Shown piece after piece: positions 14,210-24,320 of a stretch of DNA of 64,000 nucleotides (within the stretch, counting starts at the first letter, position 1; every line of letters begins with the position of its first letter). A program made the position numbers and the translations under genes. The notes beneath the pieces were generated by a model. It was not told the DNA's origin. It did no database searches and worked only from the letters and a program-made list of their open reading frames with translations. Source of the DNA: Auanema rhodensis. Taxonomy: Eukaryota > Animalia > Nematoda. Where the stretch lies: contig OZ059894.1 of the NCBI GenBank assembly GCA_964057225.1, positions 8,370,001-8,434,000 of the forward strand, given 5' to 3'.

Positions 14210-14635
14210 CATGAATGTGTGATTTATGTGAGATAATAAGGAATTATTAAACATTTCTGGTACATGGTTACTCGTATCCTAATGATGATGGGGATAATTT
14301 TATTTAATAATTTACTCGTCTCCATATGTCTCTCTGAATGAATCCTTGAGTACTAATGGAGGCTACCACTCAGATGGGGTGTGGCTTAGGCGCCTGCCAA
14401 TGTTCGTCTCTTCTTGGAGATACATATGGAGCTCAGTTTAGCGCAAAATTTTATCTCTATCGGTCGTATAGGATTACGGTAGCCATTTATTTCTATTATA
14501 TTTTTGCTTATTCCTTATTTTTGGTTGTTTACTCACTTAATCTCTCATCAAAAAGTTTTCTAATTCACCGTTACTTCCATTTTACAATTTACAGAAAAGA
14601 AAAGAATGTATATAAAGTTATTTCTTGTCGTCTTT

Positions 14636-17600
14636 TCATGCTTTCTCTTTTTGATTTTTCATCCGTGGTAACCATAATTCATCTCCATCTTCGTTCTCTG
14701 ATTCCGGTTCGCTATCGGTGTTATCTTGCTCGTTTCTTTTGATCACTCTTAGTATCTCTATATCGCTGTCCTCTTCTTCTTCTTGGTGATTGTTGCGTGT
14801 ATTAGAGCGGGTATTGTGAGTGATATTTTGAGTCGCGTTTGAGAAGAGTTTGAGATTATCCTTGTGGATATCTTGTATCTTTCCTGATGAATTCCTTATC
14901 TGCACCTTGGATCCTTGTACGTTAATAACTTCGTAAGGTCCGTCATAGCTTTTCCTCAGTTTCTGACCAATTTTATGTGACTTTATTGTTGTCATCACCA
15001 TGTCGCCGGGTTGAATGTTCCTTTCGTGCGTCCTTTGTGTTCTATCCTTCTTCTTTCTGGCGTTTTCTTGGTTTTGGGCGATACGTTCACGTATTATTTG
15101 GTCTATTTTCATCATTTGAGGTCTTCTCGTGAGTAATTCTTCCGAAATCTCTTTGATTTTTGTTATGGTTCCCGGTAATTCGGCATCAATTTTCATTCTG
15201 CATTCTTTTCCAAAAAGTGCTACGTAGGGGGCTATGCCTGTTGTAGCATGCTGAATGTTATTGATAGCGAATGTAATTTTCGGCAATACGCTATCCCAGT
15301 CGCTTAGATCTTCCTTCAAGTAGTGTGTTAATCCTTCCTCAAGAGTTCTGTGTAGTCTTTCGACTTGTCCGTTTGAGTTCTTTTGGTGAGGAAGGGTGGG
15401 TTCATGTTGAATTCCCAGTTTTGTACACATTTCTTCAAACTTTTGAGATACAAAATTAGATCCTCTATCGGTGATCAGTCGATGAGGCGGTCCGTATATG
15501 TATACAAAGTTGCGTAGAAATCTGTCAATTGTTATTTCTGTCGTAATTTGCGGTACTGCTATCGTTGTTGACCATTTAGTAAAAGCATCCTGGATGGTAA
15601 TAACGTAAGTACAATTCCTTTTTGACGGGGGAAAAGGTCCCATTACATCCATATGAACTCGTTCAAAAGGCTTGGTCGGTATTTCAAATTGACCTATTGG
15701 CTGTACTGTCATAGAATGTGGGTCCTTCTTCCTTTGTGCGCATTTAATGCAGTTTTTGATATATATCATGATATCATTTTGCATGTTGGTCCAATAAAAT
15801 CTCCGTAGGATAGCTTCTTTAGTTTTATTAATTCCTTGATGCGCTGCGATTGTAGGATCTTCGTGAAATAATTCTATTATCTCGTCCTTGATTGGATGAT
15901 CTTGTGGCACAACGATTGCAGGATGTGGTTTCTTGTCTGTTGGTTTTGTGTAGAGTAATCCATTTATAACGCAATATCTATCGTTAGAGACCATTTTCTT
16001 TTGCGTTCTATATTCGATGTCCGCGATTGTTTTCTTTATCCATAGAGTATTTTGTTGAATTTCTTTTATAGTAGGTGTATCAATAGTATTTATTCTGATC
16101 GATTCTGCGTTTTTCTTTTTCTTCTTTTCCGGCTTTGCATCATTTGCTTCATCGCCTATATAACGTGACAATGCATCACATACTTTATTGAGCTGGCCCT
16201 CTCTGTACCTTATCTCAATGTCGTATTCTTGTATTACTAACTGAAATTTAGCAAGACGACCAAATAGGTCTCTGCGAGTTAGTAAACTTGTGAGAGGGCG
16301 ATGGTCAGTGATACATATAGTATGCGTTCCCAGTATGTATGTGCGAAATTGATTCAGTGCGTATACTAACCCTAAGGCTTCAATTTCGATTGGTGCGTAA
16401 TTGCGTTCCGCTTTTACCAGTTTTCTGCTGGCAAATGCGATAGGATGAAGATGCTTCAATGGTTGCGTGGGATCTTCTGGTTGCAATAATACTGCGCCCA
16501 CTGCTATGTTGCTGCCGTCACTCTCGATAATGAATAATCGATCAGATTTTGGTGGACTTAATACGGGCGCTTGGGTGAGACTTCTTTTTAATCGATCTAC
16601 AGCTTCCTGATGTTGCTTTTCCCAAGCGAATTCGGTATCCGTCTTTGTCAAATCGTACAATGGGCTTGCGATACTTGCAAAATCTTTAATGAATTTGCGA
16701 AAAAATCCGACCATTCCTAAGAATGCGCGAACGCCTGTTGCGTTCTTTGGTGCCGGATATTCTTGTATCGCAGCCACTTTTTGAGGGTCCGGTTTTATTC
16801 CTTCTCTTCCAATTATTAATCCGAGAAATTTCACTTCTGGTTGAGCAAAAGCACATTTCTTTAACTTAATTTTCATTCCCAAACTTTCGACCGCATGTAA
16901 TAATTCGTCGATATCTTCAAGGTGTTGCTTTCTTGTATCAGAGATTATCAGCAGATCGTCCAAGTATACAAATAATTTGCAAGAGCATTTACTTTGCAAA
17001 TATCTTACTGCTGTTTGAAAAGTATGAGGGGCTCCACAGAGACCCATAGGCATTCTTTTATATTGATACGTGCCTGATGTTGTTGTAAATGCTGTTAAAG
17101 GACGATCAGATTTACGTAGTGATATTTGAAAAAATCCTGATACTAAATCAAAGTTTGAGAAGAATTGAGCTCCAGCTGCCATGTCAACTATATCCGATAT
17201 GCTTGGTATAACGTATGTTTGTTTACGCGTGACACTATTGAGGGCTCGAAAATCTGTCACGAACCTATATGTCTCATCCTTCTTCTTCACTAGCACAGCA
17301 GGGCTATTGAAGAGGGATGTAGAGGGTTCGATTATGCCTTGCTCTAGCATTTCTTTTACTTGCTTTTCCACTTCTTCCTGTTTACCAAGTGGAATCCTCG
17401 TTATTCTTGACCTTGGCATGTCCATATCCGATCTTAGTGGGATTGTATGCTCAATGGGTCCTTTAAATAGACCTATCTTCCTATCTTCATTAAGAAAGGC
17501 CTCACGATGGTTCTTAACTATGTTTGTGAGCTCGTGCTTGTCTTCATTATTCAAATCTGCTTTATCCAGATTAAGGTCATTCATAAAATTTCTTGGAAAG

Positions 17601-20600
17601 TGGGGTAATTTATTCTCCCAATCTGCTTCTGGTGGAATATATGGTTGCATAGGGTCTTCTTGTATTGTTTTCCAGCTTGGTACTTCTCCTATTGTTGCCT
17701 GCCCTATGACTGAATTAGCTTCCATAGCTAATGTTTTGTCCGTATTGTTACGGAAAACTACATATACTCCACTTGTCTCACGGAAAGCTGTTGGATAACT
17801 TGAAGCTAATGCATTTCCGTTGTCCCCTAAGATTACCACTTCGTTTGATTTGAGTGGTCTATCAGCTTTGATTGGAATAGTGGACTCTTCATCGGGTTGT
17901 ATGATTCTTTTCTTCAAATTGATGATATTTACTGTTATTGCCGTTTGTTTAATGGCGTCCTGTTCAATTAAAGGGAGTGCGTAATTTCCGATCTCTAGCA
18001 TCTTTTTTGATGGTTTTAAACTGACATCAATGTTTTCACTGTCGAGCGTGCTCATAAAGTCCATCCCAATAAGAGCAGGGGCTGGGCAATCACAGTCATT
18101 TGAGACCAAAAAGGTATGTTCTATCTCATAGCCAGCAATTTCGATGTTTAAATTTATTTTTCCGTATAATGTAAACGTTGTTTTGTTTGCTGCCATTGCC
18201 ACTAATCGTCGCTTTTTGACGTGTTGAGCCATGTTCAGGTATTTTAATGTCGATAGCCTGACATATGAGACTGACGAGCCTGAATCCCATAAAGCTAATA
18301 TCAGCTTATCTTCTACTGATATATAGATAAGTGGTAGCTTTGTTTCTTTTGATTTAATAGAAGCAATAAATGGTATTGCTAGTGGAATGAATGTTACGAG
18401 CGCCGGGTAATACTGCTTCATTATATTTTCTGGCATTGGTTGGTCTGGGCGGCTAACGAGTTCTAATGTTTCCTCGTAGCCTGGGGGCTCGTTGTCTGCT
18501 CTTTGAATATGCATGACTGGTAGTGGCATTGCTTTGAAAAAGTAAAATTTTCCGGCAAAGATGGTAATTATGATTGCTGCAATGATTAGAACAGTAGATC
18601 CTATTAATATTAAGGTTCTTTCAATTGTCCCCATTAAGAATTGTTTTATGCTATTCCAGGCTGTAGTTGTGAACTCAGTTGCTTTCGAAATATAATCGCT
18701 GCCCTTTTTCAAAAGAATAAAGGCTGACGTTATCTTTGGGTCGTTGTGAATCGTATTTAGTACGTGATTTTGTCGTATTGAAGCTAAACTAGCTCCATAC
18801 GCTATTGCGGTAGTCATTGAATAGACTCTTGATGAAAGATTAGTATAAAGATGAGCACCTGTAAATTTTAAAGGCGTAACTTTATGTTGGTGAGCTCCAT
18901 CAAAAAGTGTGATGGGATTGACTTCCGCAGACCCATTAATGTTCATCCATTCCCCGTTTTTCTCATAAATATCAGTTGGTACGTGTTCGCAGTCGATTTC
19001 TTTCCCGTACGAGAGTAAATCTCTTGATCCCGGTGCTGCGAAATATAATTTGTTGTCTTCGGTTGTTACTGGTGTCTCTAAGTAACATGTTTCATTGATT
19101 TTATGAGAGTGGTGAACGGTTTTAGGCTCTATTGGTAGGCATATATGAACATGAACTATTTCGCTGCCCACGAAACGCGCTGCTATGTCTTCTCTGCCAA
19201 GGATTGTTCTCATTGCTATGGTTGGCTCTATTTGGAGAATTGAACGCCACAATTCGAGATATCTATTTTGTATCTCGCATATGGATTCGTAAGATTCCAT
19301 AAAATGCTTTTGCAATTCTTCCTGTATAAGAGTGGTTGCATATTGTAGATGATCTTGCGCTATTCTCTGAGATATATTCTGTTTATATTGTATCTCGTTG
19401 TTTACTTTGGAGCCTATATAATGTGCTTGCGCTTGTACTGCTTTCGTTTCAATCTCCAAAGGTGGTGATGACGTTCTCTGCTTTCTTTGCGATCTTAAAG
19501 ACATATCTGTGACCGTTGCAAACGTAGTAATAGGCTGTTCTTTGTGAACACCATATATTAATGTAACCGTTGTTGGCGCGCGCGTGGATGTTATGGCTTG
19601 AGTTGTATCGATCTCTGGCGTTGTTTGAGGGTCCTGGATTAGCTTTGTTACTTCCGTTGTTGTCGTTATATATTCAGTTTTGTCTGTCAGGCGTCTGGTT
19701 GAGTAGGGAGGTGTTCTTTTATCCTCTAGTAGCGGTAGAAAGGTTTGAATGAGAAGATTTCGTGTATATTTGTTAGGACTTTTTGTTTGTTGATGGGGCC
19801 CAACAGGTATACCAAAATTATTCTCCATATCTCGATATAATTTCTCTATATCTGGCAGGATAATAGTTGGTACAGGCAGATGTCGAAATCTTTCATCGTC
19901 TGCTCTGGCCGCTGTTCGATTCGGTTTTATTGTACGTAGTTTGAGGACTTGGTGATATAGGTCAATTGTTTCTTTAATAATCAGTTGTTCCTTTTCGTTA
20001 TTAGTTGATAATACGGGCCTGATTGGCGGCATGTTCACAAATGCTTTCAAAACTTCTTGTTTTGATGGCACCGACATGTTATTTTGAGCGAAAATGGTCG
20101 GTGTAAATGCCAACTCGAGCGCTATACTTTCGGTTCGCTCTCGATAACTTCCTTCTTTTGTGAGTATTTTTTCGTCAAATTCTTCTGCTGTTAATCTGTC
20201 GCCTATCTGCTCTAAAAGTTGCAGGGAGGTGAGGTATTTAACGGCTCCTCTTGTGGTAGCTGCCAGTTCTTTTTGGGCGAAGAATTGAAGCATTGCTTCT
20301 TCCGGGTCGTAGAATTCATATATTTTTAAGAATCTTTCTATTGATCTATCCGAAGTAGTGCTTCGTAGGAAGAATTTGAACTGCTCGGGATGTGCTGAGA
20401 TCCACTTAACGATAGAATATGTTGGATCTATTGTCCGTCTGGCTCGAATTATAGGAATTATTTGTGATATCCCAGGGTTACTCATTACTGGACGTAAAAA
20501 TGGGTATGGGCATATGTTCAATGTTAAAGTTTCGTAGTCTTCTTGTTCTTTTATCCAGCTTTCGTCCAATTGCAATGCGCATTGCGCTATAGCCCTTTTT

Positions 20601-23380
20601 TGACGCTTAGCTGGCAACTTTTTATATTCTCTTTCAATTAAGTTGTGTATATTACTGTCATTTGGATATTTGGGAAAGAGTATATAATTGCCCGTGGTTG
20701 ATTGAAATATAGGTTGCGAAAAACATGATGTAATCTGTTTTGGAATTTGTTTATTGTCGATAACAAGGGCTGACTGCGTATTGGGAATCAGTATTATGCT
20801 GTCTCCAATGATGGCATCATATTCGCTCATGTCTATATAGTTGCATCTCTGTTCGTATGATTGGATTTCCCAGATAATCATTGAAGTATTGGATGCGCAT
20901 TGGCCATGATGTGCAAGACAGCCTTCCGTATTGAGTAATAGATTTGTCAATATGGTGTCGTCTGGCATCCTGGTCATAACGCCTCTTTCCAAAACCAGTC
21001 GTTCTTTTTCTTCGCATTGTTCGTAATTGAATGAGCGCGCTGGAGAGAATGTAGGTTCGGTTGTCGCGTATGTCAAGCTATCCAATTTAATCAGGTCTTC
21101 TGATTTCCATTTACGGTCGCGGACAGCCAGTCTACATTCGTTTTCTGTTGTTGGCTCAATTCGAACAATGGAGGAGTTATGATCTCTTAAAAATAGCAAA
21201 TCCCTGATGCATATTTTATGTATTTCTTTTGAACATCGCCATGAATCCCATTCGTGAGCCGTCTGGTTTCTTGTATACAGATGTATGTTTGTGCGGAGGA
21301 CATGTTTGGTAGGTGGTATTGTGCATTTCCTCAGGGGTGGGGGTATAAGGAGGGCTCCACCTGTAGCTTTAGTGCACATCTGATAAGCATCAGTTATAGT
21401 GATTAGTGATAAGATCACTGATAAAGCTACTGCTAGTGTTAAGGGGGATATCAAGGTCAAATTATTGACTCTTGAGCCTCTTCCTCTACCTCTATTATTG
21501 TTGTTTCCCCTGAAGGGATTATTGCCGCGTTGACGGTTATCACTCTCCTGATTACGTGATAAGTTGTTATTTCTTTGATACCAATTTGGATTTGAGAGAT
21601 TTCTACCGCGATTACCAAGATTGCGGTTTCTTGCGAAAGAATTTTGCAAATTTTGTGGTTTCTGATTATTTGATGAATTTTGATAACTTTGATAATTTTG
21701 ATAATTTTGATAGTTTCTATTGTTAAATGATTGATAGCCTCTACCGATTCCTCGCCTTCCGGTGTCGCGCCTGGGAGGGAATGTTCTATCGATTGCGTTA
21801 ACCAGTAGCGCCTGAGGGTCGGCTACTTGGTTGGCAATTGATTCCTCCCATCTGGCATTATCAATTGCCTCGGCAAACGTTTTTGGTTTAGCTCTGATTA
21901 CCCCCGGGCGTATTGTGTTTTTGAGACCGCGTAGAAAGGTGGATCTAAGAATGTGGTCCTTGTGTGGGTCTGTATGGGAGAAAGCGTTTAAGCTTAGGCT
22001 TCGTAAAGTTTGTGCGAATCCATCTACTGATAGCTCGCCTTGGGTGGAATTCTGTAGCGTTATCAGCGCCGGATCTTGATTATACTCTGGGCATAGCCTA
22101 GAGGTAAGTTCTTCGATGAGAGTATTCCACGAGCCAGATGTCTTGATAGTATCGCTAAGCTGTGTATAAGCTTCTTCAGCTCGTTCGTTTTTGAGAAGTA
22201 ATGGTAAGATTGTTAATCTTTCGGGCATAACTAAGCCTAAGGCGTTTGCAAAGGTGTTAAACTTGGCCACGAAGTCTCTAAAGTTGCGACTTCCGTCGTA
22301 TATAGGGCAATATGGGGAGCTTAATGCCTGAGCAATGGTAGATTTACCCGCTCCTGGAAGCCGTGATGTTTCGGTCATTTCGGATGAGATGCCCTCAGGG
22401 TATGTGATAGGTGATATTATCACTTCGCTCCTTGTTGGATCTTGATGAGTGTTTTCTATTGCCTTAGGGTTTCTGCTAGAGGAGCCTATTATAGGTGTAG
22501 TTGTTGCGAAACGGGCTCTTGGAACCTGGATGACTTTACCAGATGCCTGAGGCGATGTTCTATCAGTTGATCGTGAGCTAGGGATCGCACTATCTGATCT
22601 GTTAAGATTAGGATTATGTGAAGAAAACCGGGGTTTTGCTGTTCCGCCGGGTGTTGTTTTATCGCCTGGGGATAAGTTTAAAATCTTTATCAGTCGATTT
22701 GTTAAAGATCTTTTGTTTTTAAACTTATCAGTTGTTAATGATAAGGGTGAAGCTTCTTGTATGCCTTCGAGGCTGGCTTCTGCTGACGAAGTTTCTGTTG
22801 CGCGCTTACTGGGTGTTTTTGTCTTCCGCTTATTAGGGATATTCTTTTTGATCTTATCAGTGATTTTTGATAAGGTTGAAGGGTTGTCACTAGGTTGGGT
22901 GGGTTCTAAAGTTAGCGAATGTGGTTGATTAATAGGCGTGGAAGACGCTTGCGGGCTTTGTGTTAACCCGAGGGATGGGGAAGGTGCGTTATCAGTGATA
23001 ACTGATAAGTTCGACGCGTTTGGGTCTGAGGTTACCGGTGAGGCAGATGCGGTTGTCGGCTTTTTCTTTTGAATTTTTCGCAAATTTTTATTAGTATCAA
23101 CTGAGCGTACCTTGGGATTTGTAGTTGGGGTTTGAGTGCTGTCGTCGGCTATGATGAAGTCCGGGTCTTCGTCGGTGTCGTCAGAAGGTGAATATGTGCC
23201 TTCTCGGGGAGTATAGAACTTGTCGACTTGCGGCTTCGGCTTCTCGTCTGGTTGGTGCGGTTCTTCTATTTGAACACTGAGAAGTCGGGTGCGGCTTCGG
23301 GTACGACTTGCGACAGTAGCGTCACTGTTGATATCGGACGGGTAAAGGGCTGGGAAAGCCGATGAGAATCTTTTGGCCAC
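14636..23380 (-). CDS. Gag-Env-protease-RT-RNaseH-integrase polyprotein (true start uncertain; first in-frame ATG at 22378)
   Basis: Capsid-like region (CPIYDGSRNFRDF...QGELSVDGF...TFLRGL, ~21830-22310). Aspartic protease LWDSGS (18278-18286). RT RMPMGL and YLDD (16955-16966). RNase H IIESDGS...TDHRPL...DALSR. Integrase HHCC, HMDVMGP / TDRGSNF / NGQVER and a GPY motif. Confidence 0.95.
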   Translation of the reverse strand: MAKRFSSAFPALYPSDINSDATVASRTRSRTRLLSVQIEEPHQPDEKPKPQVDKFYTPREGTYSPSDDTDEDPDFIIADDSTQTPTTNPKVRSVDTNKNLRKIQKKKPTTASASPVTSDPNASNLSVITDNAPSPSLGLTQSPQASSTPINQPHSLTLEPTQPSDNPSTLSKITDKIKKNIPNKRKTKTPSKRATETSSAEASLEGIQEASPLSLTTDKFKNKRSLTNRLIKILNLSPGDKTTPGGTAKPRFSSHNPNLNRSDSAIPSSRSTDRTSPQASGKVIQVPRARFATTTPIIGSSSRNPKAIENTHQDPTRSEVIISPITYPEGISSEMTETSRLPGAGKSTIAQALSSPYCPIYDGSRNFRDFVAKFNTFANALGLVMPERLTILPLLLKNERAEEAYTQLSDTIKTSGSWNTLIEELTSRLCPEYNQDPALITLQNSTQGELSVDGFAQTLRSLSLNAFSHTDPHKDHILRSTFLRGLKNTIRPGVIRAKPKTFAEAIDNARWEESIANQVADPQALLVNAIDRTFPPRRDTGRRGIGRGYQSFNNRNYQNYQNYQSYQNSSNNQKPQNLQNSFARNRNLGNRGRNLSNPNWYQRNNNLSRNQESDNRQRGNNPFRGNNNNRGRGRGSRVNNLTLISPLTLAVALSVILSLITITDAYQMCTKATGGALLIPPPLRKCTIPPTKHVLRTNIHLYTRNQTAHEWDSWRCSKEIHKICIRDLLFLRDHNSSIVRIEPTTENECRLAVRDRKWKSEDLIKLDSLTYATTEPTFSPARSFNYEQCEEKERLVLERGVMTRMPDDTILTNLLLNTEGCLAHHGQCASNTSMIIWEIQSYEQRCNYIDMSEYDAIIGDSIILIPNTQSALVIDNKQIPKQITSCFSQPIFQSTTGNYILFPKYPNDSNIHNLIEREYKKLPAKRQKRAIAQCALQLDESWIKEQEDYETLTLNICPYPFLRPVMSNPGISQIIPIIRARRTIDPTYSIVKWISAHPEQFKFFLRSTTSDRSIERFLKIYEFYDPEEAMLQFFAQKELAATTRGAVKYLTSLQLLEQIGDRLTAEEFDEKILTKEGSYRERTESIALELAFTPTIFAQNNMSVPSKQEVLKAFVNMPPIRPVLSTNNEKEQLIIKETIDLYHQVLKLRTIKPNRTAARADDERFRHLPVPTIILPDIEKLYRDMENNFGIPVGPHQQTKSPNKYTRNLLIQTFLPLLEDKRTPPYSTRRLTDKTEYITTTTEVTKLIQDPQTTPEIDTTQAITSTRAPTTVTLIYGVHKEQPITTFATVTDMSLRSQRKQRTSSPPLEIETKAVQAQAHYIGSKVNNEIQYKQNISQRIAQDHLQYATTLIQEELQKHFMESYESICEIQNRYLELWRSILQIEPTIAMRTILGREDIAARFVGSEIVHVHICLPIEPKTVHHSHKINETCYLETPVTTEDNKLYFAAPGSRDLLSYGKEIDCEHVPTDIYEKNGEWMNINGSAEVNPITLFDGAHQHKVTPLKFTGAHLYTNLSSRVYSMTTAIAYGASLASIRQNHVLNTIHNDPKITSAFILLKKGSDYISKATEFTTTAWNSIKQFLMGTIERTLILIGSTVLIIAAIIITIFAGKFYFFKAMPLPVMHIQRADNEPPGYEETLELVSRPDQPMPENIMKQYYPALVTFIPLAIPFIASIKSKETKLPLIYISVEDKLILALWDSGSSVSYVRLSTLKYLNMAQHVKKRRLVAMAANKTTFTLYGKINLNIEIAGYEIEHTFLVSNDCDCPAPALIGMDFMSTLDSENIDVSLKPSKKMLEIGNYALPLIEQDAIKQTAITVNIINLKKRIIQPDEESTIPIKADRPLKSNEVVILGDNGNALASSYPTAFRETSGVYVVFRNNTDKTLAMEANSVIGQATIGEVPSWKTIQEDPMQPYIPPEADWENKLPHFPRNFMNDLNLDKADLNNEDKHELTNIVKNHREAFLNEDRKIGLFKGPIEHTIPLRSDMDMPRSRITRIPLGKQEEVEKQVKEMLEQGIIEPSTSLFNSPAVLVKKKDETYRFVTDFRALNSVTRKQTYVIPSISDIVDMAAGAQFFSNFDLVSGFFQISLRKSDRPLTAFTTTSGTYQYKRMPMGLCGAPHTFQTAVRYLQSKCSCKLFVYLDDLLIISDTRKQHLEDIDELLHAVESLGMKIKLKKCAFAQPEVKFLGLIIGREGIKPDPQKVAAIQEYPAPKNATGVRAFLGMVGFFRKFIKDFASIASPLYDLTKTDTEFAWEKQHQEAVDRLKRSLTQAPVLSPPKSDRLFIIESDGSNIAVGAVLLQPEDPTQPLKHLHPIAFASRKLVKAERNYAPIEIEALGLVYALNQFRTYILGTHTICITDHRPLTSLLTRRDLFGRLAKFQLVIQEYDIEIRYREGQLNKVCDALSRYIGDEANDAKPEKKKKKNAESIRINTIDTPTIKEIQQNTLWIKKTIADIEYRTQKKMVSNDRYCVINGLLYTKPTDKKPHPAIVVPQDHPIKDEIIELFHEDPTIAAHQGINKTKEAILRRFYWTNMQNDIMIYIKNCIKCAQRKKDPHSMTVQPIGQFEIPTKPFERVHMDVMGPFPPSKRNCTYVITIQDAFTKWSTTIAVPQITTEITIDRFLRNFVYIYGPPHRLITDRGSNFVSQKFEEMCTKLGIQHEPTLPHQKNSNGQVERLHRTLEEGLTHYLKEDLSDWDSVLPKITFAINNIQHATTGIAPYVALFGKECRMKIDAELPGTITKIKEISEELLTRRPQMMKIDQIIRERIAQNQENARKKKDRTQRTHERNIQPGDMVMTTIKSHKIGQKLRKSYDGPYEVINVQGSKVQIRNSSGKIQDIHKDNLKLFSNATQNITHNTRSNTRNNHQEEEEDSDIEILRVIKRNEQDNTDSEPESENEDGDELWLPRMKNQKEKA
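18550..21461 (-). other. env: Envelope glycoprotein region inside the polyprotein (class III, gB-like fusogen)
   Basis: Internal signal sequence LTLISPLTLAVALSVILSLITITDA/YQMC, Cys-rich ectodomain with several NxS/T sequons, furin sites RQKR and RARR, a gB-like block at 18989-19348, and TM anchor TLILIGSTVLIIAAIIITIFAG. Confidence 0.85.
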
Positions 23381-23777
23381 CTTTGTAGGACTTTTGGTTT
23401 GGAAAAACCGAGAATGGTGAGCTACGTGTGGGATGTTGATGTAAGGTGCGTAAGATTCTTTTAGATGTGTGTTGGGAGAGAGAGAGATTCGGGAGCAATA
23501 GGATAGTCGTGCTTCGCTGGGCGATGCGGAGGGTAAATGAGAGGGAGTTTTTCAAATCGTGGCCAACAATCTGACTCCGCCTATCTACCGTAAGCTTAAT
23601 ATAGTTAATGATGTTTATCTCTTCTCAAAAACTATTTTTATCCGCTGTTGTACTTTCCGCTTGTACTTGCTTTAATCTCTCTTTTTACGAGTAGCTTTCA
23701 ATCATGTTTTTATCCCCCTTTTCTCTCTTGTTTACCAAGCTATATTTTATTATTTTGAGAGCTAAGAATTTTTGAAA

Positions 23778-24320
23778 ATGAGCGTCCAGCCTACTGGAAT
23801 GACCTTTGTCATGCAAAAGCTGTATGACGTTATTGTCTTTTATGATGCTGAAGAGAGATTGGCTTATAGGCCCCATCCTGATCTAGTGTTAATGGTTGGT
23901 GCATTAGTCAATTTCAATTTTCAGTATTTTCTTTTGCTATTTTAGTTTATTGAGGATCTGCAAATGTTCTATTTGGGCAGGGGCCTCGTTAATTTTTCCG
24001 CTATGGCGGAAATTGAGCCCGAGATTGAGCTCGTAGGGCGTCTCTGCCTCTGTGACCTCTGCGCGCATTCTTATGCCGCTCTCCCGTGTGGACTTGTAGG
24101 AAGTCCCTGGAGATGGTATACCGAGAGGCAGCCTTTATTCTATGAATTATTATGTAAAATTTTGTTTAAAATTTATGTATGTTATGATAGCTCTTCGCTT
24201 GGATTGCAGCTGAGGGCCTCACTGGGGAGAGAGTATCCCGAATACCTCACCCCCAGTTACGAGCCTATCTCTCTTGCTGCAGAGTTTGAGAGACAGCTAG
24301 CTTTCAAGTGGGGTTTTTGA
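23778..24320 (+). CDS. Predicted spliced antisense accessory gene of the provirus, ~163 aa (exons 23778-23894 and 23946-24320)
   Basis: AAAATG start, 39-codon exon, 51-nt GTTGGT...TTTTAG intron in phase with the 118-aa ORF, CxCxxCxH motif, and AATAAA at 24324-24329 just after the stop. Confidence 0.6.

Noticed and set aside
17181-22928. Plus-strand ORFs of 205, 60, 82 and 71 aa within the polyprotein
   Set aside because: Antisense shadows of the coding frame with no motifs.
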